Origin: Anolis carolinensis
Lineage: Eukaryota
Assembly (NCBI RefSeq): GCF_035594765.1
Contig: NC_085842.1
Span: 166,545,036-166,609,035 of the forward strand
Reading direction: 5' to 3'
Length of the DNA: 64,000 nt
Shown here in pieces: positions 12,627 through 25,770 of this stretch; the stretch's first letter is position 1, and each line of letters starts with the position of its first letter. Below the pieces are notes generated by a model that made no database searches, was not told the DNA's origin, and saw nothing but the letters and a program-made list of their open reading frames with translations. Made by a program: the position numbers and the translations under genes.

Positions 12627-13364
12627 GTAAGCCTATATTTGCAATATTAACATTCCTTGATGCCTCTTAGTTATTATATGGGTGGTTGTTTATTATGGAT
12701 GAGTCTTGTAGCTCCTACATACTACTTAACTGGGACAACATAGATGGAGGATGGGTTGAGTTGCAGTTAACAGTATGTGACCACTGCATTGCAAAAAGCT
12801 GTGGGTAAAGGTTGTGCACTTTTCGAACCTTAAATAACATTTTACTCATGTGGCAACTATTGATCTGCTACTTCAGTATACTGTCAAAAATATTCTGATC
12901 CTTTTTTTAAGATGCAGGTAAATTGCCTATCACATTCCAAATGTTGCATTACATTTTTCATCATCCTAGACCATTGGCCATGTTGGTTCATGTTTCAATC
13001 CAATATCACCTCAATAGAGACCACTTCCAGCCTACTTTAAACAGTCTTAAGATTTTTTGGCTGTAGAGAGAATAAAACAATGTAAAGACCATAGAATTGT
13101 AAATAATATGCCCCAACATATGCACTACTTGTCCTACTGGATTGGTAGTGATATTGTGAATAACAGATCTGCAGTGTGAATCCATCATTATTGCTAATTA
13201 TTTGCTGATCTGATTCAAAGACCAGTCCAGTCCTTCAGCTTTTTCCTTTGCACATTTACAAGAGAATTTACCACCAGCATATGTTGAAACTGTTCTCAAC
13301 TTTGTGTAGTGGCTTCAGTTTTAAATGTCGGGCTTTGTAACTACATCTTTTCTTTTCTCCACAG

Positions 13365-13393
13365 GTTTGGTATGTCTGTGGCTTCAACTAAAG
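13365..13393 (+). CDS. SARNP: SARNP micro-exon (R-FGMSVASTK-G)
   Basis: Acceptor cttttctccacAG, donor GTattt, 29 nt, phase 2-1. Completes RAARFG. Confidence 0.9.
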
Positions 13394-13650
13394 GTATTTT
13401 AGTGAATTGTAGAATTGAATTCTAGAACAACTGTCATGTATCTTTCTCTTCATTTGAATGTTTTTGTTTCCCCACAAACCTTTTGTAGAAAGAGAGTTGA
13501 AAATATACATCATTGCCTCTTTGAACTTGTATGCTGTGTGGTATATCACATTACTTTTGTTCCCACCACATTTTTATTTCACTGTTTTGACAGTTTGTAG
13601 GAATTTACTTAAAACTTTGCTCTAAATTGTCATTTTCATCTGTATTTTAG

Positions 13651-13676
13651 GTCTTGGTGAAGAAAGTAAGACTACA
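13651..13676 (+). CDS. SARNP: SARNP micro-exon (G-LGEESKTT)
   Basis: Acceptor tgtattttAG, donor GTaagt, 26 nt, phase 1-0. Restores the frame into the next exon; positionally equivalent to human GLSSDNKPM. Confidence 0.85.
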
Positions 13677-15739
13677 GTAAGTAATCTGCTTACAGTTGCA
13701 GTTTGGTTGGTTTTTTAATGATAATTAAAATATTGTCACACAAAAAAGAACAACTAATATTATGAAAAATTTTCTTTGCTGAGTGGGTAGCTCAAGATTA
13801 AAATAAACACAGTGCCAGGATAATTACTTAAATTGCACAATTTCCCTATCAGATATTTGCTTCCTCTCTTCACATTGTGATTATTTTATAATGAATAGAA
13901 TAGAAAACTAGATTTACATTTCAACTCCCTCATGTTGTTCATGTCATTGTTACAAATGTCATTACATTGCCTTAGGAAATATGTTATGCGTAATTGGTTT
14001 CCCCTCAAATGATGACATCAAAGCTACAGATTCTATTATACTAATTCAAAGGTATTACACCAGCAATAGGCTCTGTCTTTATTCTTGCCATTTCTTTATT
14101 CCCTATATTTATTTTGCCTTTTCTGTACATTATTTCCCAATCTGATTGTTCTTTTTTCCCTCAAGCTACAGCACTCTTTTATACCCTGGTTGTCTCTGAT
14201 ATTGACTGTTGCTGCTATCTAATTTTGCCTTGTCATATCTCAGTCCTTTTGATCTATCCAGAAAGCTTCTGTCAAAATAATTCATTCCTTTCTTTCTCTC
14301 ATAATTCATTTTTATGACTCCTTCCTCAAATCCCTTCATTTCTTGTTGATGTCACCAAGGTTCACAGAATTCTCACACACTGTCTATCTGCTCTTATCCG
14401 CTAATGTGTCTTTCTATTTGACGGTCTCATTTCCTATTCTCTGATGCTCAGCCAGCCAAAAATCTTATGTTCCTACATATATTTTTCTATTACTTCTTTA
14501 TGGGAACTTCTCCCAGAAGGAACGCTGTGCTCTCTCATTCTCTCTGTGTCTCTTCAAATGATTGCTTGAGCTTCTGTAGAGCTTTGGACTTAATCTTTTA
14601 TCCTTCACTTTCAGCCAAAATGAAATTTCAGTGTGTGTATATCTGTATATATTTATCCCGATGAAGTTGTAAATTCTTTGGAATTGGAACTTTACTCCTA
14701 AAAGGGCATATATTCTACAAAGCCGCATGTAATGCACTGTTGAGACACATACTGATAGAAGAGCTTGGCATCACACTAATATCACCAGTGTATTTCTGAG
14801 ATCTAAAAGAATGAATTTCACTCTTCTAAAATGCACCTTATTTGGAAAGTTGATGCCCACCCGATCTACTTCTCCTTGACAAATATTGAAAAGTAGATAT
14901 CCACCTAAAATTCCCTCTAATATAATTTTTCATACCAGAAATGGAATAATACCCTCCAAGTGGAATTCAACTTTGGCTTCCCACATTCATCACCATGGTC
15001 TATGCTGGCTAGGGCTGATGGGGCATGTAGTTCAACAGCATCTGGAATGTCATGTGATTTTCATTCCTGCTCTCCATGTTGTATTTAGTGATTGTCAAAT
15101 ATTCCTCCACTGAAGAGGCTTCATATTACTTGGAAAGAAATTGGGCAAAATCATTAGAAAATGTCTGACATTTTAAGTTCTCTAACCAAATTAAGTCTGG
15201 GGCAAATTATTAGGAAGCATACAAAAAGATACACTTTTGATTCTGTTTCAAGGAGCAAGACTAAAAATGTTTGTGTGCCTAAAGTACGGCTTTAAAATGG
15301 TTAATCTGGGCAACTGCCACTATACGTAGTGTGATGCTCCCCACATTAGTATGAATGATTGCAGTTTGCCAAGAGAAAGATGCTGGTTATGTTCTTAAAG
15401 TGATTATTCAAAGGAGTCAGTCTGTCATGCCCAGTGGGAGTGCTTCTAGTCTACTAGTGAGTATTTTTCTTGCAGAGGAGGAATGCTTTCGGGGAAAAAA
15501 ATAAAATTCTGAAAGGTATTGTCTTTTTCTGAAGATCCCCCAAAATTTGTATTAAGGCTTAGGTGAAATTTTATGTACTTGATGCATAATCTTATATAAT
15601 TTCTACTCATAGTTTTCAGTCCTGGTATTTAGAGTTCTCCTCCATTTTGATAATTGAGTTTCTTTCATGTTAATTTTCTTCTAGTTGTATGTCATATGTA
15701 ACTGTTGATAAAGGATTAGAAATAGGATTGTTGTTAACT

Positions 15740-17300
15740 GCCATCAAGTTGGCTTTCACTGACAATGACTCCATGAATGCATTACCTCAAAATCACTCTG
15801 TTATCAACAGCCTTGCTCAGGTCTTGCAGACTCAGGGCTGTGGCTTCCTTAATTAAGTCAATTGATCATATTCTTATTATCTTCTACTTTTCCAAGCATG
15901 ATGTTCTTTTTAGTGAGTCATATCTTCTTATATCTCCAAAGTACAACAGTCTCAATTTAGTCATCTTGGCTTCTATTGAGACTTCAGGTTTTATTGGCCA
16001 TAGGAACCATTAATTTGTCTACAGTATCCTCAGAACCCATCTCCAGCATCACATTTCACATAAATTAATTTTCTTCAAGTCAGTTTTCTTCACTGTCCCG
16101 CTTTCACACCATACGTAGAAATGGGAAATACAGTGGCATTGACAGTTGTAAATTTACAATTCAATGATGTATCTTTTCACTTCAGGATCTTGTTTAGTTC
16201 TTTCAATTAAATGTTGTGGCACAGCCATTTCTTTAAGACGGAAACATAATTTTTCATAATATATACAATCAAAATGCACCAGCTGGTTTTCATCTGAAAA
16301 ACTCATTTGCTCCATTATCTAACGAGTATTTGCAATATGATTCCTAATGCCTCTTATTTCCCTGAAGCAAGCTTGACCATTGGCATTTCTCACTCCATAT
16401 GCACTAAAAGTCTGTGTTGTAGACTCTCCCATGAAAGTATCACTTTGCTTTCATGGGAGATTAATGCAATAGTCCAAGGGATACTACAATCCCTAATTCC
16501 TTTTTGTTGGGGGTTAGTGGATGGATGAATGTTTTGTTGAACATGTCCAATCTATGAGCTATTATTTTGTCCTCCATAGTTTTTGAAGGGTTTTATTTAG
16601 AATTGGAGTAGCTTCTGCTTCTGTAATTTGAATTAGCTGTATTGGTATACCCTTTGTTCTTGTTTTATTTATTTTTTCCCATATCCTAAGTGCAGATTTC
16701 ACTTCACTTTCAAAAATTGTAGGTCCATCCAGTCAATTAGACTTGGTAGTGTGAATCTATTTTTTACATTATTATTAAATTCTACAGAGATGTTCTTCAG
16801 GTTATATTTTGAGACAGTTATTAGTTTAGTGTTTAGTTTAGTTAGTTTTGTTTTATTGTAACTTTTGATGGTTCATGGTCTGTGCCACAATCTTCTCCTG
16901 GTCTTGTTTTTGCAGAAAGAATTAAGCTTCTCCATCTTCTGCTTCCAGCTATGTAGCCTATTTGATTTCTATATTGGCCATCAGGTGATGTCCATGTATA
17001 CAGTCGCCTCTTGGGTTGCTTGAAGAATGTATTTGCAATGACCAAACTTTTCCATGCAAAATTCAGACATTTGCTCTCCTGCACCATCAGGCCAAACTTT
17101 TCTATAATTTTTGATTCTACTGTGTTCCCACTTTTGCCTTTCAATTGACGATGATTAACAAGAAGTCTTGTTTAGATGTGTGGTTAATTTCCTCCTGGTC
17201 TAGAATCTTTCAATTTCTTCTGCCTCTGCAGTTGATACATAAACTTTGATTACAGTAATATTGTATTGATGTGTTTTCCCTGTAGCCTACTTATATGATT
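15740..17300 (-). mobile_element. Fragmented old RTE/BovB-like LINE (endonuclease and RT pieces)
   Basis: ORF 16842-17144 IANTFFKQPKRRLYTWTSPDGQYRNQI..DCGTDH is an APE endonuclease motif set; degenerate RT-end sequence at 15900-16200. Confidence 0.75.
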
Positions 17301-18262
17301 CAGTCAGACTGGCACTCTCCGATTCCAGAACCTAAAGCTTGAAAATACCCCCCCCCCCCAAAAAAACAACCCTTTGTTTTGCCATTTATATAAGAGACAC
17401 CATTTTACTACACCATTGTATATAAGGAGACCTGAGCATCCATAAGATTTTGGTATCTCTGGTGGTCCCAAAAGCATGTGCCAGGACATACTAGTGTCCC
17501 ACTGTATATCCTATGTCTTTTTTTTTTTTTTTTTTTTTGCTCCATGTCGCCTCATTCATAATGCCAGCTTGTTTCTTCTTAGAAATTTATTTCCTGAGTT
17601 AAACTGTGTATTGCAATGTTTAGGTGTTCCCTTTTTAATAATATATCTGACTTCCACTTTTTCATGCTTCTTACATTCCATATCACTATAATATGTGTTC
17701 ATATCAAAGCTTCAGACTTTTCTTCTGTCCTTGAACACATCAACTGCGGAGCGTCTTTTCAACTGGAGTCCAGTTGTGTCATTAGGCACAGTTCTACTTG
17801 TAGTTGTCCTTTGTTGTATATTGGGTTGAGTGGCAAAATAGAGTGTTTTAAAAGTTCATGTATTGAATGTTGAATTGTAACTACAGTACGTTATAAGTAG
17901 GTGTCATAACTCTGTTTTTTTTAAAGGTATTTTGCAGTTGTCATTACATTTTAAAAGAAATAAGAGTAACTAAATATCATGGTTAGTCCTTCCTAAGTAT
18001 ATTAATTGAGGTAATGACATTGTATGTGAATGTTTACCAGATTCTCATTGATTCACTGTGTCTATTGGTTTTCACTGTCGGAGTTGCCTTTAATCTGCTT
18101 AATCTTCAATCTTCTTAAAGTTAGGACAAACCTCTCTTAGAGTACCTTGTAGTAAAGTATTGCATCACTGGATGATATCTCTTGGTTCTCCTTCCACTCC
18201 AAAATTGGCAAAAGGATTGTTATATACAGAATCTTGATATCTGCAAAGTTTTTCCATTAGGG

Positions 18263-18397
18263 CAGTGGTTCTCAACCTGTGGGTTCCCAGGTGTTTTGGC
18301 CTTCAACTCCCCGAAATCCTAACTGCTGATAAACTGGCTCAGATTTATGGGAGTTGTAGGCCAAAACACCTGGGGACCCACAGGTTGAGAACTACTA
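18263..18397. mobile_element. 135-bp foldback hAT MITE
   Basis: Near-palindromic along its length; perfect TSD cattaggg; second copy at 59508-59631. Confidence 0.9.
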
Positions 18398-18543
18398 CAT
18401 TAGGGTATAACAAATTTGTTCATACCGGCCTTCAGCTACAAGTTCGTTCATTTGTTCATATGAACACTTACTGTATTGCAGTTTTCCTAATCTCAATAAT
18501 ATAATTAGAGATTATATTAAACTATTTCCTATGACTTTTCTAG

Positions 18544-18612
18544 GTAAATATAGACAAATTAAAGGAAAGGGCTCAGAGATTTGGCTTGAATGTCTCCACA
18601 GTCTCCAAAAAG
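18544..18612 (+). CDS. SARNP: SARNP coding exon (VNIDKLKERAQRFGLNVSTVSKK)
   Basis: Acceptor gacttttctAG, donor GTaagg, 69 nt, phase 0-0. Resembles human VNLDKLKERAQRFGLNVSSISRK. Confidence 0.96.
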
Positions 18613-18984
18613 GTAAGGTTACAGGGCAAAAGCAAAAGATGAGTGAATGTTTACAGAAATAATATTCTACTTGTTTTGTTTTGATGAAACCTATTGGTGA
18701 ATTGAGGATGTAAATTTCTAGTATCATTAGTTAAGCTCTGAATCCTGTTTATAGATTTTAAAAGCTTGTGTTACAAAGTCAGATTGTAATGATTATTATT
18801 GAGGTAGGCAAATGCAGCTGGGTTTTGAATTATTTATTTGGTATAGATTCCCTACTCTCCTTCCAGTTATATATCTTTTTGATAGCATTTATTAATGTGC
18901 ACATTATAGTTCCTGTGTGACCAGAATCCCTTTTTTAAAAACACCAAAGGTTCGAAGCAACGGAAATGAAAACCTTAGAAATAG

Positions 18985-19180
18985 ATAAGGGAAAAGGGCT
19001 TTGGAGAGATCAATATAAATAAAGGAAAAGGAGTTTGGAGATGTATGGGTAGGAAGAAAGAGGAAAATGGGTTTGGAGAGATTAATAAGAAGAACAAGGA
19101 AAGGGTATGAAGAAATCCACAGGAAGAAAAGGGAAAAGGGGTTTGGAGAGATATGGATAGGAAGAAAAAGAAAAGAGGGT
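18985..19180 (+). repeat. Purine-rich degenerate minisatellite (core ggaaaaggg-tttggagagat)
   Basis: Four clear copies of the core at ~35-65 bp spacing. Confidence 0.7.
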
Positions 19181-22100
19181 GGAAAGATACAGACATGCTT
19201 TTGCTCAGCGCTAAGTTCATTGAGTTGTTCATAAGTCAGATGTCCTTAACTGGGCAACTGCCTATATAGGAATAGTCATATGAATCCTCTCATGCAGTTA
19301 GAGGTTGTGAAATAAAAGCTCACATTTAGTACCTTGGTGAGAATTGTACCTCGTACGTGGTGATTCTATATTCCCTTTGCCATCTGGTCCACAGTCTTGC
19401 ACTCTTAAATAAAATGTAAAGAATTTAAATTCTTTATGCTTGTAATAAGAAAAATGCGAAGTCTAAAAGGAACAGGAAAAAATAATTTAGGAGCAGTTGG
19501 GAGGAAGGAATCTTTCAGAAGAATATATTAGCTCTAGTGACGTTGCCCTAGCTCTAAGGATGTTTTTAAAAAAAAAAAAAAAAACAATGGTGGCTATATG
19601 TGGAAAGATGAAAAGGATTGTAGCTAATGTAGACGTTTGTATAAGATGGAATTATTACTTCTCAATTTTTACTAAATTAATTTTTCTAAATTATTCTTAA
19701 TTTTGCAATTCAGTACCATCACAGAGGAGTACTGGATTGTTGAAGGCAGGGGGTGGATTGTTCATTATTTCAGACCTGGAAACATTGCTGTGGAAAAGCC
19801 TAGAGGAGGAGAAAGGCTGTCATTTTGCCTTAACCCCTGGCAAATAAACTATTCCATCTCTTATGGGATTTGCACACTGCACACTTAATGCATTCCATTC
19901 TGCAGTAAGGCACTGAACCTGGCACCAGAGAGTTCAACCATGTAGAAAATAACTGGATGTGGAGGCCACTTTCCTCCCCACCCTCTGCTCTGGGGGCAGG
20001 GTGAAATCATGCAAGTGCATTAAAGCTGGAATATGTGGAGGGGCAGGTCAGGGTGAGAGGCTGCTCAAACATCATTAACCCTGTCACCGAGAGTGCACAT
20101 TTTTCAGGAAGAATATATGCTTTGTCAGCATTTATGGCTGCATTTCCTTTGAGTAGAATTGTGTGGATGAGGCATAATGCGTATTGTAAGCTCTCTAAGA
20201 GCTTCCCACAATTGCCCTCTTCCCAATACTTCGTTTTTGAAAAGTAAGCGTAAACTGATTTCAGTGCTCTTAAAGAATATGCATGAAGCCAGTTTCATTA
20301 GTGAATTGATCCCCATTATGCACATGGAGACAGTGCCAATAGGAGAATGTGACCAAGGTCAGAAATCGATTGTTACGTAAGTCTAGATATATGGTTCTGT
20401 CTGTCCTTTTTTAAATCCTGTTTTCTGTCTTTGTGTATCTTACTTGAATAAGGGAGGTGAAATATCTACCAATTAATATGGTTGAAACAGAGATTTGCTT
20501 TGGAAACCTTTTTTGTTCTGTCCTACTACAACCAAATAAAATACAGTGCCTTCAAATGGCTTTTTTCCCTCTGAGAACTCTCTTGAATTTTGTTGAGGAA
20601 CGTTGTCGCTTGCTTCAATTAGTCTATAATATCAAGTTGCCCACCTGGGTGTTCTTTATAGCTCTTCATTACAGATTAGGGCTGGTTACATACGGTTGCA
20701 GATTTTTAATGCCACACATGGCAGCAAAAACTTTACAGTAAACAATTGTCTCTCTGGAGCCACATTTCATTTCCTATTCAAATTGGTCTATTCAGATTGG
20801 ATTTGAAAAAGTGGGGGTGGAAATTGCCACAGGCAATTTCAAGCCTACTGGGATCAGGGGAGCAAGCCTAGATCTGAGCAAGAGCCTCTCCACCTAATCT
20901 GCAGCTTTGAACCCACTGCCTTGTAGAATCTATTAAGTTAAAATCCTCTTCCTGAAAGATAACAAAGGTTTATGTGTACAGTAGAAGTAGGTGGTGAGTG
21001 TCACTATCTGGTACAATAGAAGTGGCAGGTGTTTGCTTGTGTTTTTATTAGCATGGAGCCATCAAATTAATTTTTAAAATAAATCAAGAAACCATTTTTT
21101 TCTCCAGAATTAATCACACCCCCTTCTTTGGGCTCTCCTGGGAAGGCCTCCTTTTAAAATGTAGCCTCTGACCTGAGGCTGCTGTCCCTTGATTTTTGCA
21201 AGTTATATTTAAACTGCTCCCTTCCCTTGTAAATTTTCTCTCTGTAGCAGCTGCTCCCTGGGCCACGCTAAACCTAGGCTTCCCAGTGGGAGTGCCGATA
21301 GCTGCAGGCTCCAGTACTGCAGAGGGGGCCGCATCGTAATGCATAGGCACATTCTCAAAGGGGTTATGTTTTCTTCTTATACATAAAACAACCTCATAGG
21401 TATCCAGCAGAGTGAGTTTTGCCACAGAATAAAAGGTTAGGAATCATTTTAGATTCCCTAGCTTGGCATAAATGCTTCTTTCTGCATTACATTATACAGT
21501 ATCTTTCTTAGACGAGATGAATAAAATGATTTGTGCTTCACATTATCTTAACAGTGGGGTCTTGAACTATTTTACAAGTACCTCATTAACCTGCAGAGTG
21601 TCAGAGGTTGTAGCTCAAGAGCTAAAATGCTAGCATGTCAGAATCATGCAAAAGTAATAACAGAATTGCAAGGATCTAATCATGAACACCTTCGCATCAA
21701 TTTCTTTCAGTTCATGGTTGTGGATTTTGAAAAAAACAGAATTTGAATCACAGTCTCCAGGCCAGGGGATGGAGCTGGGCAGTCAAGTAGAACTATACAC
21801 CACAAACACAGTAATTCTGAGGTTTGTCAGAAATGGCCGCATAATATGTCACAAGCAACAAGCTAAGTGTTAGTAAACAGAAGGAGAAAATACCATTGGC
21901 TCCCCATTTTGCAAATAGAATACTCTCAGGCATCCACATTACAACCCCATGAAAGTGGGGGAAATTGTGAATAAAAAACTTGATTTTTTTAAAAATCTAA
22001 GAGATCACCTCTCTAAGGCTTTCTTGGTCATCCATCTTGACTGTGCGGTGAACATCCAGCAGATGTTGACCGTATACTGGAGAACCTAGTAATTCCTAGA

Positions 22101-24016
22101 GTTAATATTTGAATCATATCTGTGAAAAAACAGATCTGCAAAAATTAAACCCATAAATGTGGAAGACCAACTATATAATATTTACGAAGGAAAAAATGAC
22201 AAGGAAAAGCATTTTTGTTCACAGAAATGAAACGATCTCAAGGCCATTTAAACACATCCCTATCCTATTGCAAAATGTGTAGCCTTTTAGAGATTGTTGA
22301 ACTCCCATTATTGTTAATGTAATACCCCTTCCCAAGAATTATCTTAATGGTAATATTAATTCAAAAATTGTTGTAAGATTTTCATTTCCCGTTGTATGTA
22401 TTAATGTGACTGTTATTCTAGAAAGTCTCATTTTTACAACTGATGAGAGCTCAAAGTTGCTTAGTTCAATTCTGGATCCTCCCCAAGCCTTCAAAGCAGC
22501 TTTTGATCTAGCAACGTGGAATGCGTAACTGTTGTAGGTAGCGGAAACTGAGTTACAATTCTGGGACAAAATATGACTGTAAAGCTCAAGTATGGCCTTA
22601 ACTCTGTTAAACTTTGCTTTTGACATGGTGCAAGCAAAAGTTGATTCTGAAAGGAAGCTGTTCCATTTTTCCAGGCAACGTTAGAAAATATTTGTGCAAC
22701 ACTCTTTTTTAAGTACTGTATTGGAGCCCAACCATTTTATTACTTTGGACAATGAGAGCAGACCTGCGTTCTCATGGGAGTAAACCAGGTTATGTACAAG
22801 GTGGGGTACATGGTTAGAAAGTTGCTTAGAAATTTTGCTAGATGTCTTCTGTTGCCCTGAGATTTCTCTTATATTTACTCATGGTTTGTCATCCAGCTCT
22901 CACCCCATATGCCAAAACATAAGCAACATGTTTTTGCATTTTAGTCTGAAACCCATTACTGTCTTTTTCCCACTTCTCCCTGTGCAGTTTTTATAAAGTG
23001 TAATCTTTATTGAAGTTAAAATCAAGACTACTGTGCCTTCATCTTTCCTGTCTTCACAGATGTAAAATACATCTTTCTGAAATAATAAAATGTTTATGAG
23101 AGCATTCAAATGCATTGTCTGTAGCTTTCTCAGAAAACATCTTAGTATATGTAGACTTCTTCATCAGGAAGTTATGTGGAAACCCTCAGTGTACTTCTTG
23201 ATTTTAGGATGTGCTGCAAAGATGGGATACAAATTGGAATGAGGTGTTTCTAGCAAATCATCATGGCAAAAAGCATGGTTTAGTGTACAGCTGAAGAAGT
23301 AAAAAAAAAACACCTAATAGCATTAAAATGCTGTTATTCAATTTTGTTTTGCATCATCCATGGTTTTAGTTTATATGCTGTTAATGAAATACATTAAATA
23401 GTGATGGAATTGGCCTGGATCCATAAATCCCTCGAGTAGAACTCCAGATGTTGAGATGAAACCATTGCTCACTCTCACTCAACCCCCCCCCCCCCCCCAG
23501 CAATCCAGGGCCTGCTTCCTTCTTTGGTATGGAGGGGTGTAGGGGAGATAAACCAGAGAGAACTCTTGATTGCTTTTGGACATAATGCTAAGCAAACCAT
23601 GGAGCAAAAACCTATGAGAGAAAATGGCAGTAGTATTTGGAATGATAGACTAGCCCAAGTTGAGTAATACAATGAATCAAGCATCTGGGGAGACTCTGGC
23701 TGATTAGTTATGTACAGTGGTGCTTGATGCATCCTTGCCCCTGCTTACACTGACAGCAGCTAATCATGGTTCGTTCAACAGCTCCCATTGCAAACAAGGG
23801 ATTAAACAGCATGTACCAGCATGGTGCTCATAACCCTGCAGATGCCATTGCCTAGTTTATCTTGTCATCTAGATTGGGCCATTCTGTAACTCCAAAAACG
23901 GTTGCAATTTTTCTGAACCTGTCAGGATGTTACCTTTTCAGGCTGTGATCCTCCAAGAACAGTAACATGGAAGCATACAGGATTTTTTTCCAAAGTAATG
24001 CTACTTTAGGAGAAAG

Positions 24017-24200
24017 CCTAAATACCCCAAATGCACCAGATCCTATCTATCCATAGCTAGTACTTGGATGAAGGACTGCTAATGAATATCCAGTACAGGA
24101 AGGAACTGGCTAAACCATCTTTGAGTATTCCTTTTCTAAGAAAAGCATATGACATTCCTAGGATTGCCATCAGTTAACAACCAGCTTGAAGGACATGCAT
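24017..24200 (+). mobile_element. Degenerate 5S rRNA-headed SINE
   Basis: Head ccagatcc...tagtacttggatg...gaatatccag resembles 5S rRNA; tail shared with the 46935 and 63440 copies. Confidence 0.6.
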
Positions 24201-24460
24201 GAATATATTACGTTATAAGTAGGTTTTCAAAAGAGCTACAATGTTTTGGTGTGCTTTTACACTAATATGAATTGATTTGGGCTTTAAATCAGGAGTGGGA
24301 ATTTCAAGGCCCTCCAGGTATTGTTGAATTACAATTCAAACATTACTCAACGCTAACCACACTAGTTAGAATTGCTGGGATTTGTAAGAGTACCTGCATG
24401 ACCACACAATTCCCATCTTTGCTTTAAGTGCAAATGCACTCAAAAGGTTTGACCTTTCGA

Positions 24461-24696
24461 ACTTACTTACTTAGGCGATCCCTCGTAGGCCAAGGATGAT
24501 GGTCCTCCGTTTCTGTTGTCTTGGGGATGTGTCCGTAGGTGGCTGAAAAAACCTATTCTTGATCCGCATGTTCTCCCACAGTGAGGACATCGGTTTCCAG
24601 GTGGAAGGCGGTCCCAGTCAGGGTTGGCTTGACGCTCCTTCCTCTTGGCACGTTTCTCACTTAAGCCTTCCATTCGTGCCTCTTCGAACTCCGCAG
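24461..24696 (-). mobile_element. RTE-clade LINE 3' fragment with (TAAG)n tail
   Basis: Nearly identical to 61818-62056; encodes the C2H2 finger CPHCGRTCGSRIGFFSHLRTH. Confidence 0.9.
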
Positions 24697-25447
24697 AGCC
24701 CTTAATCTCCCGGCTCCCAAGCTGTCTAGAGTGGTTGAAGACCCAGTCTTTCCATCGTCTAAACAGCAGGCACCACTGACTACGCCTTTGCCTTGCCTCC
24801 CATACTTAATAGAACTTGTTAAAAATGAAGGGGTCCCTCCGGCCTCACTTCCAGCGACCCCAAGAAGGGCGTAATACCTTTACAAGATTGATCTCTCTAC
24901 GGCCTCCTGGCTGACCAAGCATCCCAGATTAAACTCGTGTGTGGTAAATGTGACTCAACCAAAGGCAGTCCAGAGATCACAACCCACCCTGCCGGATAAG
25001 GAGAGAAAGAAACTTGATAACATGGGGGAAAAGTTCTACTCCTTGGCCTGCCTGTTTGCCCAGATTGCACATTACGGCGCCTATATGAGGGCATATCAGT
25101 GTTATCTCTGGGGCAAGATCGCCCCTTATATTGACCTTCTCCCTCCAGAAGATCAAGCTTTGGTGAAAGCCTTCCAACAGGAGGCATGCCTCTTACCAGA
25201 CCTCCAGAAAGAGCTGGCCAAAAACACTGCCGATGCGTCTGGAAAGCTACTAGCAGGTGCTATATCCTTGAGATGGCACGCATGGCTCAGGGCGGCCAAC
25301 TTATCCCAATCGGCCAAATCAGTAATAGAGGGCCTTGTGCTAGATGAAGCAGGCCTGTTTAACACTGAAATGAACGCTGAAATCAGGGACACCTATGAGG
25401 TGACTCAAGCCGCCCACAAGTATTACGTGCCGCCAACTTATTACTAA
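24690..25447 (+). pseudogene. DIRS gag-like frame (LAP2alpha-domain-related)
   Basis: One reading frame with a single internal TAA (24872-24874); WLTKHPRLNSCVV and LRWHAWLRA resemble DIRS1 gag motifs. Confidence 0.7.
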
Positions 25448-25770
25448 TAGAGGCATTGACGTGGACAATACTATCGTCCCAGGAGATCCAGCCCCCCATC
25501 CTCCAAGGGAAAACAGAAACCTACCTTTCGTTCTCTGGGATTCAGGAGATCCTCCTTTCCTTACAAACCTCAACAACGAGGAGGAAGGTAGGAAGGAGAG
25601 AAACAGACGCCATTTTTAGCGCACACACTGAAAGCCTCTCCCCAGTTTGTGTTCCAAGTTTAACCTCCTGTGTCACAAGTTCAAGTTCCCAGAGTTTTGT
25701 GAGTTCTGCATTGGCTCATTTGGGGCACTGCCCCAAGTTGCAGTCGTTGACTATTCTAGATGACTACCCT

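Noticed and set aside
17887-24224. Exact 16-mer TACGTTATAAGTAGGT at 17887 and 24209
   Set aside because: About one such match is expected by chance in 64 kb of AT-rich DNA, and there is no flanking homology.
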